Assembly (NCBI GenBank): GCA_038087875.1
Contig: CM075987.1
Span: 20,028,001-20,088,000, forward strand
Direction: 5' to 3'
Length of the DNA: 60,000 nt
Source of the DNA: Malacoraja senta
Lineage: Eukaryota
Every line of letters begins with the position of its first letter. Position 1 is the stretch's first letter. A program made the position numbers and the translations under genes. The notes below the pieces were generated by a model, which had not been told where the DNA came from, ran no database searches, and was given only the letters and a program-made list of their open reading frames with translations. Positions 50,059 to 60,000 of this stretch are shown one piece after another.

Positions 50059-52698
50059 GTGGACTAACTTTTCCTGGCTATGCCTCTGGCCTATTCAGGC
50101 ACGAACAGCAGTTAGTGCATCTAGGTCATGCCTGAATTTGGGGGTGATTCAACTCGGGGCCTGGATTTAATACATTAATTGTTACCAATTTGTGACTGTA
50201 CATTTGTGATCTGTATTTTTTTTTAATTTGATCCTGATTAAAACAAATGGCCCTTTAGAAGTAAGTTAAAACTCAAAACATGATGATTGGCCTCCACCTT
50301 TTCCTGAGATATGTCAGGCAGAGAGGGATTCTGGAACCCTATCAAATGACCCCCTTTCTATGTTTTAATTTTTTAAATATCTGAGAAGAATCTTAATTAT
50401 TAAAGATGGTATCTAATCTGAAAAGATTGTCTAGAAAATGTGTTTTAAGAAATGAATTTCTTTATTTTAAACATTTTTCTACATACTGTTTAAAAATACA
50501 TTTTGCATATTTTTATATTATAAATCATAAAATCATTTGGTTCAAACATATTTAATTACACAATCTAAACAAATGTGACACAACTTTTTAAAATAATATT
50601 CTATGTCAGTGTTGTTGAAATATCTAAAATCTTTTGCTTTGTTTTATTTCACTAACTCATGGACTAGCTGTCCCTGGAATATTGCTAACTAAATCTTGAA
50701 AAACCTTCAAAGTTTGGATCAAGATTTCATTTTAAGATATTTTATTTGGATCTGATATCATACAATGAAAAAAGAAATGGAATTGGTTAGGTAAATTAGA
50801 ATCTTATGCATGCATCACCATTTTTGGTTAGTATTTTGCCTGGATCAACAAGATTCAATTAAAAATGGTTTGGTAGACTGGTTTGCTGCATTTTAGTGGA
50901 GGCTATAATATTAAATGTTATGCTTGGCTTATTTTTTTCGACACAGCAGATATTAAGAGGAAGTAGATGCATAAGATTTACCTAGCGTTCAGAACCTGAT
51001 TAATTCACCTTGCAAAACACAATGAAATGTCATAGTGAGCCTTATGAGGTGGGGTTGAAGCTGAGACATCTGCTGTTGACTGATCTTTTGGAATCAGAAA
51101 AGTGAGGGTTGTAACGCGTAAGACAGGATAAAAGAGTCGAGGTCAGCGGAAAGTGAAGACTTCCGCAATGCTTATGATAAAGTTCTGCGTGGTAGGCTGT
51201 TTGGAAGATTAAATTACTCGACATCTAGGGAAAGGTAGCTGCTTGGAAATAGAATTGGCTTCATGGAAGGAAGCAGAGGGTAGTGATGGAGGTTGTTTAT
51301 CGGACTGGAGGCCTGTGACTAGTGGTGTGCCTCAGGGATTGATGCTGGGCCTATTGCTTCAATGATTCAGATGAGAATGTGCAAGGCATGATTAATAATT
51401 TTGTAGATGACTAAAGTAGGTGGTATAGACAGTGAAGATGGTTATCAAAAATTACAACAGGATTTTGATCAGTTGGGCAAGTGGGCTGAATGGTAAATGA
51501 TTACAGTGAATAGTAGGATCCTGGGCAGTGTTGTAGAGCAGTGGGATCTAGGAGTACAGGTGCACAGTTCCCTGATGTGGCATCACAGGTAGATAGGGTG
51601 GTAAAGAAAGTTTTTGGCACATTCGTCTTCCTCCATCGGGGTATTGAATGTTAACTCCCACAACTATCCCACAACTATCTAGACTACACTTCTTTCCACC
51701 CTGCTTCCTGCAAAGACTATCTCCTACTCCCAATTCTTCCATCTATGCCGCATCTGCGCCCAAGATGATGTGTTCCTTGACATGACATCCGAGATATCCT
51801 CATTCTTTAGGGAATGGGGATTGCCCTCTCCCATCATAGATGAGGCGCTCACATGTGTATCCTCGGTGCCCTGCAGCTCCGCTCTTGCTCCCCCACCCCC
51901 TATTGGCAACAGGAACAGAGTCCCCCTATTCCTTACCTTTCACCCCATCAGCCGTTGCATACAACACATAGTCCTCTGACATTTTTGCCACCTCCAACGG
52001 GATCCCACCACTAGTCACATCTTCCCATTTCCACCCCTTTCCGCCTTCCGCAGAGACCGTTCCCTCCGCATCTCCCTGGTTAACTCATCCCTTCCTACCA
52101 AATTACCCCCTCCCCCAGGTACCTTTCCCTGCAAACGCAACTGATGCAACACGTTGTCCACTATACCTTTCTCAAAACTGTCCAGGGACCCCGACGATCC
52201 TTTCAGGTTATGCAGTTCACTTGCACCTCCTCCAACCTCATCTACTGTATCTGTTGTTCAAGATGTGGATTCTTATACTGTGCATCGGCGAGACCAAACG
52301 TAGACTGGGCAATTGTTTTGCTGAACACCTTCGCTCAGTCCGCCTGGATCTACCTGATCTCTCGGTTGCCAAACAGTTTAATTCCCCTTCCCATTCCCAC
52401 ACTGACCTTTCTGTCCTAGACCACCTCTATTGTCAGAGTGAGACCAAACGCAAATTGGAGGAACAGCATCTCATATTTTGCTTGGGAAACTTACAACCCA
52501 GTGGTATGAATATTGATTTCTCGAACTTCAAATAACCCGTGCATTTCCTCTCTCTCCATCCCTCCCCACCCAAGTCGTACCAGCTTCATTGTCGTCTTGT
52601 TGAGTCTCATTGTCCATACACTTTCTCACCTAGCACACAGCTAACAATGGCCTTTTTTCTTTATCATCATTACTTTTTTACATATCTTTCATTCATTT

Positions 52699-52790
52699 TG
52701 ATCAGCCATGATCATATTGAATGGCGGTGCAGGCTCGAAGGGCCGAATGGCGATTACTGCACCTATTTTCTATGTTTCTATGTTTCTATT
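52699..52790 (+). mobile_element. Very short CR1 3' tail inserted inside the Penelope element
   Basis: gatcagccatgatcatattgaatggcggtgcaggctcgaagggccgaatggc...ttctatgtttctatgtttcta, near-identical to 10773-10860. Confidence 0.85.
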
Positions 52791-52848
52791 TGTTCTATAT
52801 GTCTCTACATCGCCGTCTATATCTCTTGTTTCCCTTTCCCCTGACTCT

Positions 52849-52885
52849 CAGTCTGAAGAAGGGTCTCGACCCGAAATGTCACCTA
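52849..52885 (+). ncRNA. Minimal type I hammerhead-ribozyme-like motif of the Penelope terminus (probably decayed)
   Basis: cagt CTGAAGA A GGGT-CTCG-ACCC GAAA T GTC acc: catalytic boxes and perfect 4-bp stem II; stems I and III minimal. Confidence 0.55.
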
Positions 52886-53693
52886 TTCCTTTTCTCCAGG
52901 ACCTGACCCTACTGTCTTACCCGCTGAGTTACTCCAGCTTTTTGTGTCTATCAAGAAGTTGGAATGTAATATTATAGTTGTACACGATGTTAGTGAGCCG
53001 CATTAGGAGTACTGTGTTCAGTTTTTGTCACCTTTCTGTAGGAAGGATGTTATTAAGCTGGAAAGAGTGCAGGGAAGGTTTATGAGGATGTTGCCAGGAC
53101 TGACAGGCCAGAACTATAGAGAGTGATTGTGCAAACTGGGACTTTTCCTTGGAGCTCAGGAGGATAAGGGGTGATCTTATAGAGATGTATACAATTATGA
53201 AGGGAATTGATAGCTGAATGCATGGTCTTTTACCCATGGTAAAGGAATGAAGAAATGTAGGTTATTGCACAGTCTGGTAACCAGAGAAAGTGAATTAAGA
53301 AACGGAGAACACGGGCATTAATATTTTACACCATGTGGTATCTTATCTGTCCATTTTTAGGCTTTATCAACTTAGAAACTAATTAGATGATATTGAAGTG
53401 AGACAATAAATTCCATGCATGGGTCACTGTATTATAGCTTCCTTGATATAATTACTTTAGACTTCAGAAATACAGCGCAGAAACAGGCCCTTCAGTCCAT
53501 ATCTATAATATGTACATTTATCAAAGATTGAGTAACTGTTGACTTCCAATCTTCAAATAGCAAAGGAAATTGGAACATTTTCTGCAAACGAGTGTTAATA
53601 ATTTACACTTCACCTTTACGTATTTAAAATTCTTATTTCATTGTATTGCCTACCAGACTGTTGGAAATGAACTTAATCACTTTCATGTTGCAG

Positions 53694-53747
53694 GGTATAT
53701 CAGGACCTTCTGGTCCTCCAGGCATAAAAGGAGTCCCAGGAGAACCA
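53694..53747 (+). CDS. Collagen exon H, GISGPSGPPGIKGVPGEP
   Basis: 54 bp, ttgcag acceptor, gtaagt donor, phase 0. Confidence 0.95.
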
Positions 53748-53849
53748 GTAAGTATCTTTACCATTGTTTGATGGGATCATAGGTTCAAGAACAAAATATT
53801 AATAGGCGAGAACAGACCCACAAATAGTTTTCAGTGCATACGTTTTTTC

Positions 53850-54182
53850 ATGTTCTAGGAGCAGAATTAGGCCATTCTGCCCATCAAGTCTATTCTGCCA
53901 TTCAATTGGCTGATCTATCTTTTCCCCACAACCTCATTCTCCTGCCTTTGCCCCATAACCCCTGACACCCTTACTAATCAAGAATCTATCTATCTCTGCC
54001 TTAAAAATCTGTCAATCTCCACTTTAGAAATATCCATTAACTTGGCCTCCACAGCCGTCTGTGGCAATGAATTCCACAGATTCACTACCCTATAACTGGA
54101 GAAATTCCTTCTAATCTCCTTTCTAAAGGTACGTCCTTTTATTCTGAGGCCATGGTCTCTGGTCCTAGACTCTCCCACTAGA
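53850..54182 (-). mobile_element. CR1 3' fragment
   Basis: ORF 53990-54178 GESRTRDHGLRIKG...RVVNLWNSLPQ; same subfamily as 16705-17143. Confidence 0.85.
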
Positions 54183-55080
54183 GAGCATGATAGAATTTAA
54201 CATCACAAATAGGACCATTTCTTCTTGCTCTAGCACCCCATCCTCTTTGCAATCCGGGCCACTAATCCATTTGCCTTCTTATTTATTTGCATGCAAAATT
54301 TCTGTGGTTGCTGGATGAGACACCTATCAAAATACTTTTTCAGCACGGTGTCCTCAAAGCTTTCTTTTCCACTCAACAAACTTGAATATATTACTATTTT
54401 TCTTTGATTCTCAATAATATCAAATGTAAATAGCTGAGGCTGTAACATTGATCCATAAGGCCTCTCACGTTGCAATTACCAGTTTAAAATTGTCCTTCTT
54501 TGGCTACCCTTTGTGTTCTGTCTATTAACCAGTCCTCTGTCCAAAGTAATATGTCAACTTTAATCTTTATCTTGTGCAGAATGGCACAAGTGTGGCATGT
54601 GGCAATAGAAAATATTAGCTTGGAAATCTAAATACACAACAATATATTGGTTGTCCATTGTCTATCACGCCAGTCATGTCCTCGAAGGATTATGATAAAA
54701 TTTATTAGGCATTGATTCCCCTTCATAAAAACACATTTACTCTGTCTCATCCTGTAATATTTATGTTAGTCTTTTTGTATCAAATTTCTCATATTGGTTT
54801 CCAACATATTCCTGATAGCTAAGGTTAGGCTCAATGATCTGATCTGTGATTCCTCTCTCCCCACTTTCTTAAATAGGGGCATAATGTCTACTGTCTTCCT
54901 TTTTTCAAGAACAGCACTGGAACCTTTGCAGAATCTAAAGAATGTGGAACCTGACAACTAATGCATCCTAAATCACTACAGCCAGTTAATTTTGAATCCT
55001 AGGTTACTGGCCTTACACTCCAGAAGACTTAATAGTCCTTATTTGCATTCCTTTGTTGAACCCTAGTGATATTAATTGCT

Positions 55081-55394
55081 TTAGGTTTAGTTTAATTTAG
55101 AGATACAGCGCGGAAACAGGCCCTTCGGCCCACCGGGTCCGCACTGACCAGCGATCCCCACACATTAACACAATCCTACGCCCACTAGGGACAATTTTTA
55201 CATTTACCAGGCCAATTAACCTACAAACCTGTACATCTTTGGCGTGTGGGAGGAAACCGAAGATCTCGGTGAAAACCCACGCAGATCACGGGGAGAACGT
55301 ACAAACTCTGTACAGACAGCACCCGTAATCGGGAACGAACCCGGATCTCCGGCGCAGTATTCGCTGTAAGGCAGCAATTCTACCGTGACTGCCC
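55081..55394 (-). mobile_element. V-SINE (HE1-like)
   Basis: tttagagatacagcgcggaaacaggcccttcggcccacc...acccacgcagatcacggggagaacgtacaaactc...cgaacccgg. Confidence 0.85.
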
Positions 55395-55744
55395 TCATTC
55401 TCTTTTGCCTTTCATCACCTGTCCTTTGGAATATTTTTTAAGTGTCCTCCAATACAAAGACAGATTCAAAATAGCCATTTCCTTTATTCCCATTTGCAAT
55501 TGCCTTATTTTTGAGGGGATCTGTACTATGCCTCATATCCTCTTCTTTATTTACTACAGAAATTCTTTCGTATTGTTTTCAAATTTCATGTGGATTTCTA
55601 CTTAAAATCTATTTTCTCATTTGTAAACAATTTTTAGTAAATATCTGCTGTTTTCTAAAAATTTCCCAATTCTCAGCTATTCTTCAAAACTTCATAGTGC
55701 TTTACTTTCCATGTTATAGCATTTTTAAACATTTGTTCATTGAT

Positions 55745-56635
55745 TCATAGGGTCATACTGCACAGAAACAGGCCCTTCACCCCAACACATCCAATATACA
55801 TTAATGTATATTGTAAATAACTGCGGTCCCAGCACCTAGCCTTGCGGTACCCCACTAGTCACTGCCTGTCATTCTGAAAGGGACCCATTAATCCCTACTC
55901 TTTGTTTCCTGTCTGCCAACCATTTCTCTATCCATGTCAGTACCCTACCCCCAATACCATGTGCTCTCATTTTGCCCATTAATCTCCCTTGTGGGACCTT
56001 ATCAAAGGCTTTCTGAAAGTCCAGGTACACTACATCCACTGGCTCTCCCTTGTCCATTTTCCTAGTTAAATCCTCAAATTCCAGAAGATTAGTCAAACAT
56101 GGTTTCCCCTTCGTAAATCCATGCTGACTCGGACCGATCCTGTTACTGCTATCCAAATGTGCCGCTATTTCATCTTTTATAATTGACTCCAGCATTGGCA
56201 TAGTCCCTTCGGCCAAAAATGTCTACACTGAATATGGTGCGAAGTTAAACTAATCTATGCTTGCACTTGATGCATATCCCTCCATATGTCTATCTAAAAG
56301 CTTCTTAAACACCACTGTCTTATCTGCCTCCACTACCACCCATGTTCCAGGAACCCACATTCTCCGTGTAAAAAAACTTGCATTTAAACCTAGTCTGATA
56401 TTCCACCCTGGAAACAAAGGTTCTTGCTGTCTACTCTATCTGTGCCTGGCATAATGTTATACATTTCTATCAGGACCCGCCTCATCCTCCCATGGTCCAG
56501 AGAAAACAATCCAACCTCTCTTTGTAGTTAATACCTTCTAATCCAGACAGCATTCTGGTAAAGCTCTTCTGTACCTTTCCAAAAGCCTCCACATACTTCC
56601 TATAATGGGGTGACCAGAACTGCGCAGGATACTCA
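55745..56635 (-). mobile_element. Cluster of CR1 fragments (RT segment 55800-56194 between older tails)
   Basis: ORF 55869-56216 QHGFTKGKPCLTNLLEF...[12 protein letters not shown]. Confidence 0.82.
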
Positions 56636-56954
56636 ACCAGAACTACACACAACTGGATTTTTTACTCAATATTTCAATGCAAAAGGAAACAGACAAATAA
56701 CTTCAGTCATGATGTCATTCAGTGCAGCATATTCATTCTCAACATACATCAAACTGTGTTATTATAAACGAAAGAACTTTACTAACAGTGTTAACTAAAA
56801 CTTTGTGGGTTCCTTAGTGATATATGCCTGAATTGCCCACTAAGCAGCTCAATGCCTGTCCATTCATTATCAGAATACTTTAGGATAACCCCTTCATAAA
56901 CTGATTAAATCTTCAATTGTGAACATTATCCAAATTATTTTACTTATTTTTTAG

Positions 56955-57008
56955 GGGCCACCTGGACCAGAGGGAGTAATTGGAATGCTGGGAGAGATGG
57001 GTCCAAAG
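56955..57008 (+). CDS. Collagen exon I, GPPGPEGVIGMLGEMGPK
   Basis: 54 bp, ttttttag acceptor, gtaaac donor, phase 0. Confidence 0.95.
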
Positions 57009-57824
57009 GTAAACCAATCATTTTTACAAATATATTGTATTGTTGAAGGTAATTGTTATGATATTTTAAATGTTTACATTCAGCTTCAAAAAAATGATTA
57101 CAAATCAGATATGATGTGAGTTAAATTTATCATTAAGCTTCCTGTTCATTGCCTGAATAGTATGCAATATAGTGAGCCCCAGATTAACAGGTGGAGTGAG
57201 CCCAGTGATGCAAGTTCTTATTCCACATCATCGTGTTTCTAAAACTGAGATTGTTCACTTAATTATCACATTGTAATCCGTTTTGTCCTTTGTATTGCAG
57301 TACATCAGAACCAGTTTAAGGCTGCACAGATACATTTTATTGTAGTTTTTGGACCCTTAACCGGACAGTTCAAAAATAATTCTATTACTTCATAAAGAAT
57401 TTCAACCCAAGTTCCAGAACTGAGTGTGAAAACTTGTGGTACATCAGGGAAATGTTCAGGAGTCAGAGTGGAGCATTAGGTTGTGCTCCTGTTGCCTAAT
57501 TTTAGTTTTTGGCCACATTCACTTTTTTAAGTGAGCTCATGTTGTGGTATGAAAAAAAAAAGTCAGCAGGCTACTGCGAATAGCTGGCCAGCGAGTACCC
57601 TGTTGGTATTCAAGCGCGTACTGTGAGCAACTGCCAGGGATTGGAATATAATTGTGGGGCCAAGACTAGCACTTCTCCTGCTGGTGCCACAAAGATCCGG
57701 TCAAATAAAGCATCTGTTTCTTTGGGAGAGGTCTCCAGTAGTTCCTTCCAGAGCACAAAATCACTTCCCAACCAGGAGAAACCACAACTGAAGTTACGCC
57801 CCTGGATAAAAATGTAAAAGAGAA

Positions 57825-58200
57825 GTGATTTGCATTTATATAACACCTTTTACATTTCAGAGCGTTACAAAGCATTTTTGAAGTATAATTTCTGTTGTTA
57901 CATAGGAATCTGAGCAGACATTTTGTGAAAATTCCAATAAGCAGATGTGTGAAGATGATCATAATTAGTGTTGGTGACATTCAAAAATATTTTTTTAACA
58001 CTGGGAAGATCTTACCTGTCTACTTTAAAAGTGTGTTGTGGGAGCTAATTCATCCACTCAACAAATAGTTTTAACGTCTCAGCGAAAACAAGTATTTCTG
58101 TCAGTGATACACCTCTTCACTTACAATGCTAGAATGCCCTTGCATCATGTGCTAGTTTATAGGCCCTGAGTTGTTGAGCCAGCAGTGAATTTGAATACAC
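57825..58200 (-). mobile_element. Ancient DeuSINE (SacSINE1/AmnSINE-like) remnant
   Basis: ttgcatttatataacaccttt...tttgaagt...ctgttgttacatagga...tttaacgtctcagcgaaa resembles the recalled Deu-domain consensus. Confidence 0.55.
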
Positions 58201-58544
58201 AATGTTTCATCTTCCCAACCCCACCACTTGATCACCCACACCCATTCCTTGCCAGCACCTCCGCTCCCCCAACTAGTACTTGAAAATGTGTCCTTTCGGC
58301 TCAAGATCTTATTTCCAATACCCACTGTCAATCTTTCCCTGAAGTTCTCCTCTAAGGCTCTTAACAAATACCTCATCTGCACCTTAATGCTGGCAAGCAT
58401 AGTCGAGGAGTTGCTTTGTATTGAGGCATTTTTTACCAATTTCAACCTGAATTTCAGAAATAGCTCTACCTTATATCCCTTCAGCAATTCTTCTGGACAG
58501 CATAATGAGTCTGATTGCCACAGATTCCATCTATATAGTGGGTA

Positions 58545-58742
58545 TATGGAAGATGCTGCCAATGGAGGTGGTTGAGGCAAATACTATAACAACATTTAAA
58601 AGAAACTTGAACAGGTACATGGATGGGAAAGGTTTAGAGGGATATTGGCCAAACGCAGATAAATGGGACTAGTTTAAATGGGGCATCTTGGTTCGCATGG
58701 ATGAGTTGGGTTGAAGGACCTACTTTTGTGCTGTCTGACTAT
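58545..58742 (+). mobile_element. CR1/HER1-like 3' tail
   Basis: gctgccaatggaggtggttgaggc...catttaaaagaaacttgaacaggtacatggatgggaaaggtttagagggatat. Confidence 0.75.
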
Positions 58743-58794
58743 ATTGATGTGATGAAGTTACAAATTTTTCCTGAAGAATTTTCAAATTTTTTAG

Positions 58795-58848
58795 GGGTTG
58801 CCTGGTCCTTTTGGTGAGCCTGGACTCCCAGGTGAAGTCGGAGAGAAG
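58795..58848 (+). CDS. Collagen exon J, GLPGPFGEPGLPGEVGEK
   Basis: 54 bp, ttttttag acceptor, gtatgt donor, phase 0. Confidence 0.95.
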
Positions 58849-60000
58849 GTATGTCATTTTAATCGGTACTGACTGAACTTTCTATGGACAATGGAGGCTT
58901 TCGTTTTGAAGACTGGCTCTCTTATTACAACCCATTCCAACTGGGCAGCAAGACAGAATAAACCAGTATTACTATAGCAGGCTCTATTCTTCCTGCAAAA
59001 TGTATTTAGTGGAAAGGGAAAGTGGGCCGAAAATAGCCCTCTGTGTTCTGAGTTTCCTTTGCAGTTAGTTAAATATGCACCTGTTTTCTATCAGGAAATA
59101 TCATTGGAACTGATTTTCTAAAAATGCCCAATTCTGTATTTTATGAAGTAAAATTAGAGAAATATACCAGCATATACTGTAAGTAACTGTTTTAAAATCT
59201 GCCATCTTAAATGAGTTTTCATTTTGAGGGGTGTTCTGGCTGAAAGAAATTGCCAGCTCCAAATTTTCTCTTTCCACTTCCTGAATACTAGCTGCAGGCA
59301 AAGTTTACGTTGCACCAGATGTGAAATGCGCAGTGGCAGAACTTTTTGAATGACAATTATCAGGTTAATATACGTAGCTTTTACTTGTGGTGGCTGCTCA
59401 ACTACGCAAGTCCACACAAGTACACAAACAGAGCTTTGAAATAATTTATGCCTTTTTTCTACTCATCAAACTCTCCAATGTATTAAATGTGCTGTTTTTT
59501 AATTGAAGGATCAGTCAGCCATTCACTTCTTTGAGGGGGTTTTACCATTCAATTATATTACCATTCATCAGTACCTCAATTCCATTTACCCACTTTTTCT
59601 TCTATTTTGCATCAGTCGCTATTTTGAAAATGTACATTAACCCAATACCCACACTATCTTGGAGATGAAATTCAAAACTTTATGATAAAATGCTTGCTGA
59701 TTATAAATATTATGAATTTTATTCTAAATATTCCCTCTGCTCCAATACAGGAAATCGTTCTTTTTGTATCAACATCTCACTTAAATTACCCTCAAATTTG
59801 TAAACTCAAGGGACTACTTGCTAGGTTTATCCAATATGATCTCATAATTTAACTTTTATGTTTCTAATCATGTGAGTCTGCCCAACATTTGCTCAAAAGC
59901 TTGAGAGGCAGTGCCCAAAACAGTACTCCAGATGGGATCTAATCAAAACTCCAAATTATTTCCTTGCTTTTGAAATTTGGCCTTGAGATGAAGGCCATAA

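Larger units (their letters stand above)
51652..52952 (+). mobile_element. Penelope-like element 3' part: RT thumb, GIY-YIG endonuclease (frameshifted) and terminal module
   Basis: NYLDYTSFHPASCKD, YSQFFHLCRICAQDDVF, FTCTSSNLIYCICCSRCG, IGETKRRLGNCFAEHLRSV, RKLEEQHLIFCLGNLQPSGMN. Confidence 0.88.
51226..53240 (+). mobile_element. Old CR1 fragment split by the Penelope insertion (parts 51226-51651 and 52953-53240)
   Basis: gtgactagtggtgtgcctcaggg (VTSGVPQG) ... gtattgaatgt | agaagttggaatgt, contiguous in the sister copy at ~16171 (attgagtatagaagttggaacgt). Confidence 0.8.

Noticed and set aside
47086..51078. 15-bp near-match gagacacctgctgtt / gagacatctgctgtt
   Set aside because: Too short and unextended; expected by chance in 60 kb

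Overview
Vertebrate genomic DNA, most likely from a cartilaginous fish (skate/ray, inferred from the HE1/V-SINE, CR1/HER1-like and Penelope repeat repertoire). The window lies wholly inside a large + strand fibrillar collagen gene. I found ten phase-0 AG/GT exons (54,54,54,54,54,45,45,54,54,54 bp) that splice into 174 aa of uninterrupted Gly-X-Y, resembling the clade C collagens COL27A1/COL24A1. The introns (123 bp to 21.7 kb) are filled with transposable elements: a nearly complete but disabled CR1 ORF2, many CR1 3' fragments, V-SINEs, a DeuSINE, a Penelope (GIY-YIG) fragment, a HERO-type 3' end, non-autonomous Helitrons, a Harbinger-type MITE and GC-rich non-coding retroposons. The most interesting signal is a Penelope-derived module carrying a minimal hammerhead-ribozyme-like core (CTGAAGA-A-GGGT-N4-ACCC-GAAA(C/T)GTC). 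It recurs about ten times, often as head-to-head palindromes. One such palindrome sits inside a DNA-transposon MITE, and another is split in its catalytic core by a CR1 insertion. Family names come from recalled motifs, not database searches.
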